DNA of 64,000 nucleotides, taken from NCBI GenBank assembly GCA_026770705.1, contig JANJGN010000035.1:13950001-14014000 (forward strand), read 5' to 3'. The stretch's first letter is position 1. Every line of letters starts with the position of its first letter. Positions 25,101 to 39,113 of this stretch are shown one piece after another. The position numbers and the translations under genes were made by a program. Source of the stretch: Isurus oxyrinchus. Taxonomy: Eukaryota. The notes beneath the pieces are model-generated. The model did no database searches. It was not told the DNA's origin and saw only the letters and a program-made list of their open reading frames with translations.

Positions 25101-26883
25101 TAACACGCAGTTATGTTTTATGTGTTTTGCTCTTTGTTCCTTTGTGCACATTGTGGAATATATTATATTTATGTCACTCAGATTGTCTTTGGCAGGATTT
25201 TTATTCTCAGTTGTGTTATTCTCTATTGGAGAACAAAAGCTCCGAACACCTTATCAAGAACATGCAGATCACACTGTGTTAGTGGTCTGTGGGTAAGTTT
25301 CAAATTAAAGTCTGGAGCAGTAAATGCGATAAAGAGTGAAATAATTAGAGTTGAAAATACTAGACGGTTGAATCATGTTAGTGTTTGCTTGCACCAACGA
25401 ATAGCTGAATGATGATCAATGTCATCTGATCAGAAATTATGGCCAAACTTTTGCCTGTACTTCTCGAAATCTATTATTCTCTGTAGGTACCTTGAAGCAC
25501 ATGTGAATATGCACCGGTCGGTCAACGTAGAAGGAAAATAGCGATCTTCTTATCCCACAGACCCTGCCACTGAAATAAATTTACAAAACGGGTGTTCAAA
25601 TGTGTTTCTGCCTTTCTGTATTTCTGCCACAGTCTCCCTCAGTTTTAAATGCAATCCCTATTTTTTATTTATCCAGTCTCTGAAAATTCCAATGGGCCAT
25701 GACCAAATCGTTTCTGTCATTGTCAGAGTAAATGCAGTACCTCACCAGTATATTTCACAGGTTCCCTTACATGACATGATAAATCGCTCTGCTCTTCATT
25801 GCCATTGGTTTCCCATTGACTGGAACATAGTTTGTTGCATCATTTTAGGTCCGGAATGAATGTCCTCTAAGATTAAAAGAAGCGAATGCCACCTATCACT
25901 GCCTCAACCAGACAATCATGCTGCGTTGGAATGTGTTGCTGTGTTGCGGGCGCGATATCAGCTGCAGATGCTTTTGTGTTGTTTGTAACATTCAGTACTC
26001 GTCCACATTTCTCATTGTGCCTGTAACATACTGTAGCCAGTAAACTTGTACATATGGCATCCTAGCCCTTCGTCTAACCCTCGACAAACGCTGGGGGAAG
26101 CTGATATCCCAACATAGATTGGCGGGAGACAACTATTGTCAATGCACGTGATTAATCCAACAGAAGAAAAAGGAGAGCGTCGTAGTTTCAAGTTGTTATC
26201 ATTAAAAACATGACTTATCAGGTGAAAAAGGTATTTCCACATTATTTCCAGTTTATCTTTTGTGGGAGCCTCTGGTACTTTTTAGGATCGCTGCCAGATT
26301 CACATCTAGTGAGTATATCCATACTTGAATTTGTTGAAGCAAAACAATTCAATTGCAGGAAATGTGTTTTAACATTAAATTCTGCTACCAGCCGATTTAG
26401 TGTGGATTTGGCAAGTAGTCTTTTTGCTACAATTTTCACTCACAAGGTAGCTCTGGTGATGCGTTAGTCCCTGTACTGTGTTATTGTGTTAAATAAATGA
26501 TAGTGAACTGGCAAACACGTTTAACACTTCTCCAAATTCGTATCAATAAAGCAAAACAGTCAAAAGCAGCGACACAGGTTAAATATACATGGAACCACAA
26601 TTAAAGTCTCTGTGCACAGTTATGGGCAGGATTGTACAGAGGCATCGGGGAAAGGGGTCCAAGACTGACTGGGTAACTAATTTTTCGATGATAGTTTTAT
26701 TACCAAGTATATAAACGACCAAAGTTTGCCCAAAACCCTGCACACAAATTAAACTGATTTTTTAGAAGAAAATTATTGCAAATTGCATTGAATGGAATTT
26801 TATATGTATTTGGCTGGGTGCCTCGAATGTATTATCGGCCAGGCATCCAATGGCTTTCTGTAAAATATCACGACGGACAAATA

Positions 26884-27051
26884 TCAAAATGAATTACTGC
26901 TTTGTCTCCGAATCTGTGGGACTCTCTGGTGGCGAAATTGACCAGTGTCTTTGCGGTGGTGCTGGATGTGTTCGTGATTCACTTTGACGTTGACACTTGC
27001 CCTGACCAAGATCATGTGCTTCCAAACGCGTTGGAGGTCATTGTACAGAAC
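26884..27051 (-). pseudogene. Terminal exon-like segment beginning with an ITIM consensus (VLYNDL)
   Basis: ttattctgtactgacag|GTTCTGTACAATGACCTC..., 55 open codons to TGA. Confidence 0.35.
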
Positions 27052-27847
27052 CTGTCAGTACAGAATAAATTCTTCACATATGGCCGAATTATGCAAAGCT
27101 GAAGAAGCAGCTCCAGCACCTGTTAACTTGATTTCATAAAGACCTGCTGAGAATGGAGAATTCTAAAAGGGCTTGCTCCCGTGTTACTGTCCCACACCAA
27201 ACGATTTCCACTTTACCACCTAAGTCTAGCGATCAAAGAAAAGCAACTTGCTTTTGTCTGACACTCTTGACCTCGTTAAACATTCTCCGCTGCTTCGCAG
27301 GAGGGTTACCAGCCAAAACTCACATCTAGACATAGGGGGCGATAGAAGCTTACAAAGCAAAAAAAGGTGTTAAAAATGATTGGGAGGAGCACCTTAGGGT
27401 GCAGGGCTGCTGAGCAGACTGGTGCAAGATAGCATGTTGGCAGTGGTGTTTGGTTTCTCTTCAATTTTAGCGAAGAGTGAAATCTAGCAGGCGGAGTAAG
27501 ATAGCATGGGAATTGTCGAGACTCAGGAAGCCTAGTACTGAAGAGGCTATTCCCGTCCAGCTGCCTAATTGTCACTCAAAGGCCTATGGAAGCACATTGG
27601 ACATGCTAAGAACACCAAGCCTACAGAGCCAACCCCACGACAACGCCTGCTTCCCGCCTCCTCCCTCCCGGATATTTCACAGAATTTTGCTCACGACAAC
27701 TGCATATTTCTCGTTTTGGATTGAACCAATAAGTGGGCAATTTTTGCCCTGTGTCTACCTGCTGCAGTCTCTACTTATCTGTAAACATCTTTAAGTATTC
27801 ACCACTGAGACTCTGGTTTTCTAGTGGAAAGGCCCCAGACTGCTCAC

Positions 27848-27882
27848 CTGTATGGACTGTCAAACCCCTTCTTCAGAATTCC
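27848..27882 (-). pseudogene. 35 nt exon-like segment (phase 1 to 0)
   Basis: gctgctttag|GG AAT TCT GAA GAA GGG GTT TGA CAG TCC ATA CAG|gtgagc; one internal TGA. Confidence 0.35.
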
Positions 27883-28699
27883 CTAAAGCAGCTTTGTTGA
27901 TGTGCCTGTTGGAGGCCAACTCATTTGTGTTTTTTTTCCAGGAAAGGTGGTGTATTTATGGATTATATTGGGGTTTGTGTAACTGGATCACAGCGAGACG
28001 CCTGATGGATTGAAAGCTCGATTTATCTGTAGTATGACTTTTCATTTACCACTCATCTGTCCACTCATTGCCAACAGTACAATCAAATATCCCACCATCT
28101 GAGATACTGAGACAAATAAGGCCCATATATTTAAATTTCCATTGAGGCCCATTGGATGGGAAATGGCGAGAGCTGTCTCCAAAAAATATATTCTTGCCCC
28201 AGAACAATGCCCCATCCAATCAGATTGCTTTCTTCAGGTTCTCTGCCCAATGCTCTGGATTAAGTTCCTTTTTGATTTGTGCTGTTACAGAGGGCGCGAG
28301 CATCCTCGTGGCTAGAAGCCATATTGCTTATTTCAGATTGTCCTTAAGATATTCTTGCCACTGATGAACAGGGATACCCTTTCAAATTCCTAGTCGTCCT
28401 CCGGTTCCTAGTGCTGTTGGAGATATCCATATGAGTCGCTGTTACGCTTTACATAATGGAGTCGCAAGGCAGCAATTCGAAGATACATGTTCATAATGTA
28501 ATTAATTCAACGGGACCAGATAATAGTACGTGTTTATCTGAAGAGAAACACGATACTTGAATCTCCAATGCACATTTTCTGACCATTAGAAAGTGTCTTA
28601 CGAGGAAGGAAATAGTCTCCTCTCAATAGCAATGTGACGATGGCTAGCTGACATTCCGTGGGTGTTGGTCAAGAGTTCTGAGATTCAGATTGATCTGAT

Positions 28700-29410
28700 T
28701 GGCGCAGTGCATGAATCACAAAGTCTAGTGTGCAGGTACAGCAAGTGATTAGGAAAATTAATAGAATGTTATAATTTATAGTGAGGGGAATTGAATATAA
28801 ACGTAGGAAGATTATGCTTGAATTGTACAGGGCACTGTTGAGAAAACATCTTGAGTTTTGAGTACGGTGCTGGTACCCTTAATGAAGGAAGATATAAAAG
28901 TATTAGATGCAGTTCTGAAAAGATTTACAAGACAAACGTCAGGAATGGACTGGTTATCTTACAAGGAACGGTTGGGCAGATAAGGGTAGGATCCATTGGA
29001 ATGTAGAACATAAAGAGATTACTGTATTGAAACATATATGAGCCTGAGGGATATTGATAGGTTGCATGAGGAGATGATGTTTCCTCCTGTGGGAGAACCT
29101 AGAATTAATAGTCAATGATTGAAATAACGGTGTCGCTCCTTTGAGACTGAGCTCAGGGGAATAACTTTCCATCGGGGAGTGGTGCGACTTTGGAAACCCA
29201 TTTGTGAAAACATAGTTGAAACAGGTTCTTTCAATATTTTTCAGGCAGAGGTAGTTATATTCCTCATTAAAAAGGATGTCACATGATATCGGGGGTCCGT
29301 GGGAATGTGGAACTGAGGTGGCATTCAAATCAGCCATGGTCATGTTGAATGGAGGAAGAGGCTCGAGGGGCTGGCGGGCCTTCTCCTGCTCCTAGGTCGT
29401 CTGTTCGTAC
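28700..29410 (+). mobile_element. CR1 LINE 3' end
   Basis: gaggggaattgaatataaacgtagg...atgcttgaattgtacagggcactgttgaga (RGIEYK...MLELYRAL.R.HLE) followed by the tail ggctcgaggggc...cttctcctgctccta. Confidence 0.85.
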
Positions 29411-29834
29411 TGTCAAGCAAACGAATACAAGAGTAAAGTGTTAACTTGTTATGGAATGGTCGCTGTGTTGTGAAGCTGTGGGTGGAAGTGAAGGATGAAT
29501 GTTTTTCAAATGCTAACGTGTTCCCAAATGTCACTTTTGCATCAATTACTCTCTCCTAATTTTTATAAAGGAACTAGGGTATGGTGCAAGAACCAACATG
29601 ATAAAGTTTGCGACCAGAACACAGCTTCATAATTTTGTACATATTGGTGAGTGCAGTGGTTGACTTTTAATGGCATAGACAGAATAGGGAAATGGGCAGG
29701 AGCTTGGTAGATGGTGCTGAATTCTGAAATGTATAATGTTTGAAAAAGCGAATATGGCAGGACAATGCTTGATTACCATTCTGAAAAGAGCAGGTGAGAA
29801 GAGTGGCCTTCCTGTTCACACAGACCAATCATAA

Positions 29835-30165
29835 TTTTTTTTCTCCGTTCATGGGATGTGGTGGACGTTGGCTTGGAGCCAGTATTTGTTTGCCAACTAT
29901 TGGTCAGGCGGTAGTTAGGAGATTGCCACATGTAGGCCAGACCAGGTAATGGTGGCAAAATTCCTTCCCGAAATGACATTAGTGAATTATGTGGGGTTTT
30001 AAAACAATTGGCTATGATTGTCCCATTCTCATTAGCAGTAGTTTAATTCCTGACTTTAATTGAATTTGTATTTCACCATCTGCCGTGCAGAATTCAGGTA
30101 CACAGAACATTGCCCTGGGTCTTTGGAATACTAGTCAGTGACAATACCACTATTCCACCGCCCCT
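29835..30165 (-). mobile_element. tRNA-headed SINE
   Basis: catgggatgtgg...cacatgtaggccagaccaggtaatggtggcaaaattccttccc...agtgacaataccactattccaccgcc. Confidence 0.75.
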
Positions 30166-31429
30166 AAATGGAGTTATATAGCCTGAAATCAGCCTAATGT
30201 GAGCCAACTGTATAAATACCCGGTTCTGAAATCATTTGGAGGTTTTGTGGACAATTCATCACAGTACACTTCGAACTTGAAAAGTAGTACGGGTGAAGTG
30301 TCCAGGATTTTTAAACGGCAAATAGATCACAGCTGTAAGGCGAGGTTAAATTATAGCGAAGTCGTTGCTAATTCGCAAAAAAATATATTTTGGAGGTGAC
30401 TTAATAAAGCTTTTGATGTTGCTGGGAGGATTTAATTGATGAGACAGGGAACGGCACTCCCTCTAGCGACTGTGCGGACAGCCAATGGGCATAGATTTAA
30501 CGTAATTGCTTTTAGCTTGGGAGAAAATAAAGCTCATTAAATTCACACAAAGTTGTCTGAATCTGGGACGTTGTAGCTGAATAAGAAGAAAAGAGTTTCT
30601 GGAAATTGCTTACAGGAATAATTTTGCATGGAAATAGCGCAGCTCGTTGAGAATCAAAAATTGACAGGCTTCCGAAACTAAAGGTTGGGGAGCAGGTGTG
30701 GGACATAGCATCACTGTGTTGCTTCGACAGGCCAGCATGCAGAGGATGGGCAAATATGCTTTCAATGTAGAAGCCAGACACGCACAGATAGCAGCAGGTA
30801 GAGAACAATGGTGTTCTTTCCCGGCCAATAGAAGGCTGAATGTCATTCGGTCACAGTACCATTGCATCATGAGACATCTGGTAGCCAGTGTTATTTGCGG
30901 AGAGAGGAAGTGGCTCCTGTATACACCCAGATTTTTGCATAAATTTCGGCTCCGGTCAGCTCAATTTCAGGCTAGACATGAGGTATAATCGCTAACTATT
31001 CATATTATGACAATGTTATTGCCGTTTATAATAAAATTACTACTTTGGTAGTTTCATTTCAAAAAAAAAATAAATTAACCAATGTGTGGAACGTCTACTT
31101 CTGGATTCAGGATTTTGCATAGACTTCACTAATTTATTGAGTTTTGCTTATTTTCTGACTCAGGACGATATGGCTACCAGCACCCTACGTTTATGACCAT
31201 ATTTGCGAAAATGGTGCTCACTTCTCTAAGAGAATGTCATATATAGATGGATTCATACATATAAGATCATAGGCACATACGTACATATATTGTACAAAAA
31301 CTCGTTCACTTAATAATTTTCCAGCTATTCCATCCATTCTCAAAATAAATCACTACCATTTAAATGACTTTCCTTGTTTGCAGCTAGGAGATAAAATGGA
31401 CCAGAAGGACATATCCATAGATCCTAGAA

Positions 31430-32118
31430 TGCAGCAGCACAGCTCCATTTAGTGGTTATGACGGTATATGAGATACTTGCCTTTTTTAACCGAGCCATAT
31501 ATTATAAGAGCAGGGGGGTTATGTTGGAGTCATGTGGAACTTCAGTTGGGACACATCTGATGTGCTGTTTGCAGTTTTCGTCGCCACCGTTTAGGAAGGA
31601 AGTGACTGGACCCTTCAGGGTGCACAAGATTTTCACCGGGATGTTGGCTGGGGTGGAGCATTTCAGCTTTGAATTGAGACTGGGCAGGCTGAGTTGGAAT
31701 TCCTTAGAGCAGAGAAGCCTGAGAGGGGACGTGATAGATGTAATAAAAATTATGAGGGAGATAGATAGGGCATTTGGGAAAAAAAGTTTTTCACCATAGC
31801 GGAGGCATCAGTAACCAGCGGGTATTCATTGAAGGAAAGAGGGAGGGATCTTAGAGGAGATTTGAGATTTTTTTTTTTTACCAGAGTGGGCTGGCGTGGG
31901 GTGGCTACACTAAAATCATTGGCTGAGGGGGTGGTAGATACAGGAACGCTCACGGCATTTAAGAAGTATTTAGATGAGCACTTGAAATGCCATAGCACAC
32001 AGGGCTACTGGCCAAGTGCTAGGATATGGGATTAGAATAGATAGGTGTTTGATGGCTGGCAAGGACATGATGAGCCAAATGGCCTTTTCTGTGCTGTATA
32101 ACCCTATGGTTCTATGTT
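31430..32118 (+). mobile_element. CR1 LINE 3' end
   Basis: ORF 31452-31799 (LAFFNRAIYYKSRGVML...SLEQRSLRGDVIDVIKIMREIDR); tail ttctgtgctgtataaccctatggttctatg. Confidence 0.9.
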
Positions 32119-32159
32119 TTTTTCTGTTCACTGTTTTGACGTCGAATCTGTTTTCTTAC

Positions 32160-32377
32160 ACAGCCGCCCAACCAATCCGCCCTTCAGGACATCAGCTCTC
32201 AAACGTCCGTACCCGAGGGCCGTGCCTGTTGCGATGTGCCACCACCAGAACTGCTCCAGTCCGCTGTTCATTGGCACAGCAGGAGAGCCACCGGATGAAA
32301 TCTGTTGCCGTCATGAACAAATCCAATCCATGACTGACGTTGCTTTTACTGTCCAAGAATGCATGTTGCTGAGGGAC
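32160..32377 (-). pseudogene. Exon-like segment with a degenerate transmembrane-like stretch
   Basis: atcaatttgctttag|G ... CTG T|gtaaga; the 3' frame reads QFWWWHIATGTALGYGRLRADVLKGGLVGRL. A frameshift is required. Confidence 0.3.
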
Positions 32378-32779
32378 CTAAAGCAAATTGATAAACAGAA
32401 TAAGAGAAGTAATGGAACTGACCAAACGAACCTAAAAGGATAGTATGAGGCTAATCCTCCCTGCATTATTGTGTTTGTTCTTTGAATGATCTCTGCAATT
32501 AATCATGTGTTCCCAATGTAGTTACTGATAGCCAATCAACGGTTTAATCAATGCACGTTTGAAATTAAATATTGAGCCTTCTTCAGCCAGTATTTCAAAC
32601 CATGTAGAAAGTTTGCCCACTGCTCGTTAGACTCATATCCCAAGTGCACATCCCACCCTCTCCTATTTCATTCTACCCTCCTGCGCCTTTCCACCTCTCT
32701 AAACATTGACATATTTCCAATAATAACATCCCACTCTCCTTCATTTTCTCCCATCCATCACTAATATGTTTATCTTTTC

Positions 32780-33840
32780 AGATAAAAACAAAAATCTGCA
32801 GATGCTGGAAATCCAAAACAAAAAACAGAATTACCTGGAAAAACTCAGTAGGTCTGGAAGCATCGGCGGAGAAGAACAGAGTTGACATTTCGAGTCCTCA
32901 TGACCCTTCAACAGATCTAGGTGAATCCAAGGAAGGGGTGAAATATAAGGTAGTTCAAGGTGGGGGGAAGGGTGGGGGCAGGGGGGAGGATGTTGGAGTT
33001 GGGCAGAGAAGTGGAGGGGGTGTTGTGTGGTTGTAGGGACAAGCAAGCAGTGTTAGAAGCAGATCATCAAAGGATTTCAGAGACAAAAGAACAGAAGAAC
33101 ACATAGGTTTTGCAGAACACCTTCGGTCTGTTCACAAGAATGACCCAAACCTCCCTGTCGCTTGCAATTTTATCACTCCACCCTACTCTCTTGCCCACAT
33201 GTCTGTCCTTGGCTTGCTGCATTGTTACAGTGAAGCCCCATGCAAACTGGAGGAGCAGCACCTCTTCTTCCGACTAGGCACTTTACAGCACTTCCAGACT
33301 GAATATTGAATTCAACAACTTTAGGTCTTGAAGTCCCTCCTCCATCCCCACACCCTTTCTGTTTCTTCACCCTGCCTTTTGTTTTTTTCTAATAAATTAT
33401 ATAGATTATTCTTTTCCCACCTATTTCCATTATTTTTAAATATTTTAAATCTTTTATGCTCCACCCAACCCACTGGAGTTATACCTTGAGTGCTCTACCA
33501 TCCATTGTTAATTAGCACATTCGTTTAGATATTATCACCAACTTCAACACCTATGTCTTCTTTTGTTCTTTTCTCTGTGACATCTTTTGATGATCTGCTT
33601 CTATCACTGCTTGCTGGTCCCTATAACCCCACCACCCCCCTCCACTTCTCCCCCCGCAAAACCCCCCCCGCCAACAGACACACACACACACACCTTAAAC
33701 CAGCTTATATTTCACCCCCTTTCATGGATTCACTTAGTTCTGTTGAAGGGTCATGAGGATTGAAACGTCAACTCTTTTGGTCTCCGCCGATGCTGCCAGA
33801 TCTGCTGAGTTTTTCCAGATAATTCTGATTTTGTTGTGTT
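32780..33840 (+). mobile_element. Truncated Penelope-like element: GIY-YIG 3' end between inverted terminal (pseudo-LTR) copies
   Basis: 33,108-33,325 encodes FAEHLRSVHKNDPNLPVAC...KLEEQHLFFRLGTLQ...LNIEFNNF. 32,820-33,108 is the imperfect reverse complement of 33,549-33,835. Confidence 0.9.
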
Positions 33841-34194
33841 TATCTTTCCATCCTGTTTCAGTGCCAGTGTCTAGCCATGCACCGACTTGCCATCAAATCT
33901 TCCCATTGTTACCCTCCCATTTGCTCGCTGCCATAGGCCCATCCATCGCACGGCCTTTCATTGATGTTGGAATTTCCACGTGCTGCACTTATAAAACGAC
34001 GTTTGTTATAAACATTCATCAACACTCTGGGAAAGGCCACTTTGAAGAAACTGATCGATACGAACCACGCCCAAGGTACTTGGGAACAGGGGAAAACCGC
34101 CTGCACACCCCTCTCCCTCTCAGATTCTCACTCCTTGTCCCGTCTGCCCTCATTTTACTATAAATTCCACGATTCGCCCGTGTTTTAAACTTAC

Positions 34195-34498
34195 CCGTCA
34201 CTGTATTATTTTCAACGATGCCGTGAGGATGTGGAAAGCGACATGTTAATGAAAATGATATTGCTGCTGACTTATCGTTTCCCCTTTGAACTGAAATGGA
34301 ATACATAGCTTGGCTTCCATCATTTTCTATGATTAAAACTACCCTGTGCATCCACAAATACATTAATTCTTTATGCGGGTAAAATAAACTGGCACCTGTG
34401 CCATTTCTCCCTTGAATTGTTTCCTTCCATCATGTCCCTCAATGCGCCTCTGCCAACCTCGCCATGGGAGATATTTAGAGTTCTTGGGTTAAATGCGC
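34195..34498 (-). pseudogene. Ig C1-set-like exon relic
   Basis: ttttttggattgtcag|G ... GTGACGG|gtaagt, 304 nt (1 nt off a phase 1-1 exon). Reads ASLFYPHKELMYLW...ENDGSQAMYSI...LTCRFPHP...NTVTG, compared with C1 motifs FYP-x-W, DGxYS and xTCxVxH. Confidence 0.5.
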
Positions 34499-36199
34499 CT
34501 GACAATCCAAAAAATAATCTCCGCCGGGCCTTTTCCCCCTAATCCAAGCCAGTGCTTCAATCTGAAACACCAGAGCTCTGAACAGCAGGCAGTCTGGCTC
34601 AATCACTTCCATTCTCAAATCAGAGAAAATGACGTCCAGACAACTTGGAAAAAAGCAAACTGCAGGAATTTCTTAGCTACATTTCAGCCCATTTATCTGA
34701 CTGCTCGTGGGGTATTTAAGCTTCACCCTAACCTACTGGCTCCAGGATCTACACTGGGCTGCGAGAGCAAGCTTCCACACGAATAGATTGAATGACTAAT
34801 ATTATTAAACAAGCTGCCCTGGAAAGCGCAGGATGGGGACAATATTGAGCCTTTTATTAGAGATGTTGTTCTGTTTATCACTCAGAAGTTTACAGCTATC
34901 ACAATGTAGAAATCTACAGGGATTCACTTTCAACCTTTCAGGGAAACCAGAACACACTTGCCCACAACAAACTAAGAACAAAAAATGATATTGATTACCC
35001 CCTCACCAACTTAATGCCTTTCCGTGATTCACATAGCCTTCAATATTCTAGCAGCCTAAACATAAACACTAGGAAGCACAATTCACGCTGAAGTGATGTA
35101 TCAAGTCTTTGGCTGGGAGCAAGTCCAGATAGAGGGCCGATTCGGGCTGCTTCTGAGGTTAATGATATGTAGAGGGCGGCTTCTGACTGGAGTAAATCAG
35201 GGGGTTGTGGGGTCTGTTTTGAGACGCTGGAGAATGCAAAGGGGTAAGCAATCCGAGCGGGCCCAGGGTAGCTGAGTCACTACCTTTAACTTACATTGCA
35301 TCTGTGAGTTTAGGGCGAGGGTTCTGCTTTTTCCACCGCCTAAGAGAAGATTAGACACAATTCCTGGTGCATTTTCTGCTCCTTCAGCAAAGGCTGAGAT
35401 TGGCACATGCCAGTCTGAAATATTCCTCCTGTAACAAACTCGATAGATAAAACACCATAGAAACAACAATCAGAATACCATTCCAACCTTCTACACTCAA
35501 CAGATTGAGGGCCACAGTATTCAAATTATTCTCTACTTAAAGAGCACTGGAACGCAGAAGCTGCCTTGATAATCTGTTCCTGTTGACACCCGGAGTTCAA
35601 TATAATTCTTGATAGTGTACTGACTGGTGTCCATCGGAATAACAGGTGCAGGTGTAGCATGTAATGAACATCTCCGATGCTCCAGAGCTCAGTGATTGCA
35701 CAGTTCATTTCATACCTGATTCACAAATACCTGAATTTTCGTCATGCACCTTGATTGTCACAGGAACACGAGAAATTAGCAGTCTCAACCTCCAATACAC
35801 CATCCGCCCTTAGCCAGATATCAAACGACTCAGAGGGATTTTTGTGCTGGAATAGCCACCTCAAATCAAAATTCTCATTTACATTGTCATTGAGCACACT
35901 CCCACAACCTTTCCCCTCCCCTAACCTTCTCACCCCTCCCCTCCCTCTGTCGCTCTGCACTTCCCTCACCCACTCCCTTGCCATGTTACCCCTCTCTCCG
36001 TTTTCCATTCCAATTTACTCCTCTCCCCTTCCCTTCCCAATCTACAACTCTCCTCCTCCTTCCTCTTCCCACACAAACCCTCCACCTCCCCACCTCACCC
36101 CATTGTCTCTGCAGTGAAATTCATGGATACAGTGGATAAGGTTATATTCAGATGCTTCAGCCCGACATTAGCGCCCTCGGCTCAATTGGTTAAAGAGCC

Positions 36200-38875
36200 C
36201 ATTCAGTAGAGAGGAGTTGAACTCAATATTCAGTATGGAATGCTGTAAAGTGCCTAGTCGGAAGAGGAAGTGCTGTTTGTCCAATTTCCTTTCAGTTTCA
36301 GAGGAACATTGAAGCAAGCCAAGGAAGACTATGTGGGCATGAGATCATGGTGGAGTGTGGAAGTGGCAAGCAACAGGGAGGCCTGGGTCATTTTTGCGGA
36401 CAGACCAAAGATGTTCAGCAAAACAGTCAACCAGACTGCTTTTGGTCTCTCCAACGTAGTGGAAACCGCATTCGGAGCAATGAATGCAGTAGGCTAAATT
36501 GAGGGAAGTGCAAGGGAAATGCTGCTTCACTTGAAAGCAGTATTTGGGGCCTTGGACGGTGAGAAGAGATGAAGTAAAGGGGTAGGTGTTGCACCTTCTG
36601 CGGTTGAATCTGAATGTGCCATGGGAGGGGGTGGATGTTTAGTGGGTGATGCAGGATTGGACCAGGATGTGGCGGAGGGACGATCCCTGTGGAATGACTC
36701 TAGAGCTACAAAAGCGTAGATGTGTTTCATGTTGGCATCCTGCTGGAGTTGGCAGAAATAGCGGAGGATGTTGTTTTGAATGCAGAGTTTGTTGGTGTGA
36801 TAAGTAAGGGCAAGTGGGACCCTATCATGGTTCTGGGAGGGAGAGGAAGGTGTGAGACTGGATGCGCTGGTGATGGGCTGGACACGGTTGAGGGCTAAAA
36901 CAAGTACCATGGACGGAAAATCTCTGTTAAGGAAGAAGGAAGACATGTCAGTGAAACTGTTGTTGAAAGTGGCATCATCATAACAGATGCAACAGAAGTG
37001 AAGGAAATGAGAGAAAGGAATGGAGTCCTTACAGGAAGCAAAGTGTGTGGAGCTGTTCCCAATCCAACTGTGGGAGTCGGTAGACTTGTAACTATATATT
37101 GGTTGACAGTCTATCACCAGAAATTGAGACAGAGAGGGCAACGAAGTGAAGGGAAGAGTCAGCGATGTGCCATGTGCAAATGATAGAGGGATAATAATTG
37201 GAAGCAAAATTTATAAGTTTTTCCAGGTCCAGGCAAGAGCAAGAGGGTGCATCGAAGCAGTCATCGATCTATCGGAGAAAGAGTTCAGGGAGGGAGTCGG
37301 AGTTGCACTGGAGAAGGCATGTTCCACATACCCCATAATAGACAAGGCATAACTGGGACCCATGTGGGTATCCATAGCCACATCATTTCTTAGGAGGACG
37401 TGAGATGAGATTAAGGAAAAATTGTTCACAGAGTGAACAAATTCTGGCACACAGAGTGGAGGAAATTAGTGATGGATGAAGATTGTTCCGTGCTTTGTTC
37501 GATGGAGATTCATACAGCCCTCTGATCATTCTGGTGGGAAGGGATGTGTAGACGGATTGGTCGTCGATGGTGAAGAGGAGGCGGTTGGGGACAAGGAAAT
37601 GGAAATTTTTGATATGTTGTAGTGTGTCAGAGGAATCACAGATTTAGGTGGCAAGGCATGGACAAGTGGAGAGAGAAGGGAGTTACGACAGCAAGAAATG
37701 TGTTCCGTGGGGCAGCAACATGCTGACACGAATGGGCTGCCTGGTCAGTCCTATATGTGGATATTGGTTAGGAGTTAGAAGTGGGCTGTCCGAGTTGGGA
37801 GATAATGACGTTGGAAGCTGTGGAAGGAAGATCTCTAGAGGGTATGAGGTCAGTTACAGTCCTGTAATCAATGACTTGTTGTTCAGTGGTTGGGTCATGG
37901 TCCAGGGGAAGGGAAGAGGAAGTGTTTGTGACTTGACGCTCAGCCTCTGAGAGGTAAGGCCAATGCACTAGGCAATAACCTTGTCAGCATGTTTGCTGAC
38001 AATGTCAGGGTTGGACTGAGAGAACGGAGTGCTGCAAGTTCGGAGAGAGACGTGGTAGAGAGGGTGAGATAAGAAGAGTAAATGAGACCACTGATGTCAC
38101 GTCGACAATTCTCAATAAAAAGATGAAGAGAAGGTAAGATGCCAGAGGGAGTGGCCCAGGTTGGGGGAGAATACTGGAGGCGCATAAATGCATCCGGTAA
38201 ATGGTGAGAGGACTCCTGCCCAAAGAAGTGAGCACAGAGACAAAGGTGTTGGAAGAAGTGTTCAGCATTTTGCCAAGCCCGAAATTCATTGAGATGAGGG
38301 CTAATAGATTTGAAACTGATTCCTTTGCTGAGCACTGAAATTCCAGCATCAGAAAGCGGGTGTCCAGGGGTATATGGTGAATACCCGGCCTAGGCTGGGA
38401 TTGGAAGATGCACTGGGGACAGTGAAAGGAATCAAAATAGCAGGAAATGAGTTCCATTGGGAACAGCCTGACACAATCGGCCTTCCGGATTTTGGGTAGG
38501 AGATAGAAGCGGGCCATCCGAGGCTGGGAGACTATAATGTTTGAAGCTGTGGCAGGAAGATCTTCACAGGACATGAGGTTAGTAACTGTCCTGGAAACAA
38601 TGGCTTGATGTTCAGTGGCGGGGTCATGGTCCAGGGGTGGGGTAGTAGTAGGAAATGTCTGCGAGTTGGTGCTCAGTCTCAGCGAATTAGAGGTCATTGC
38701 GCCAGACAACAACAGCACCGCACTTGTCAGCAGGTTGATTGACAACTTCAGGTTTGGACCTGACAGGATGAATTGCAGCAATTTCAGAGAGAGGCAGGCT
38801 TAGAGTGGGCAAGTGGGGCAGAGAGATTGAGATGAATAATGCCACGCCGACAGTTTTCAATGAAAAGATCAGAAA
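36200..38875 (-). mobile_element. Decayed Penelope-like retroelement (RT + GIY-YIG endonuclease) with an internal direct duplication
   Basis: ORF 36345-36530 (YCIHCSECGFHYVGETK...FAEHL) is GIY-YIG-like; ORF 37211-37450 (VAMDTHMGPSYA..MGYVE) is RT-like; ORF 38687-38881 has PADKCGAVVVWR. 37,730-38,120 is similar to 38,460-38,870. Confidence 0.92.
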
Positions 38876-39113
38876 AGTCAACTACATCAAGCAAGAAAAG
38901 CATATTGTTTGGTCTCTTCTAGCTATATGCAGATTTCACGTTCCTTCTCGAATGCTCTTTTCAACAAAAGGCAAACGCACTCTAACGCTTTTAAATCTCA
39001 AAAATATTGCAGATCAAAGAACCCAAACTACCCTTGATTGAATCCAGTTCAGGCACACCCACAGTCTAAGCCTCCATTTAAATAAATTAATTTCCATTTG
39101 TAAAAATTAATAC

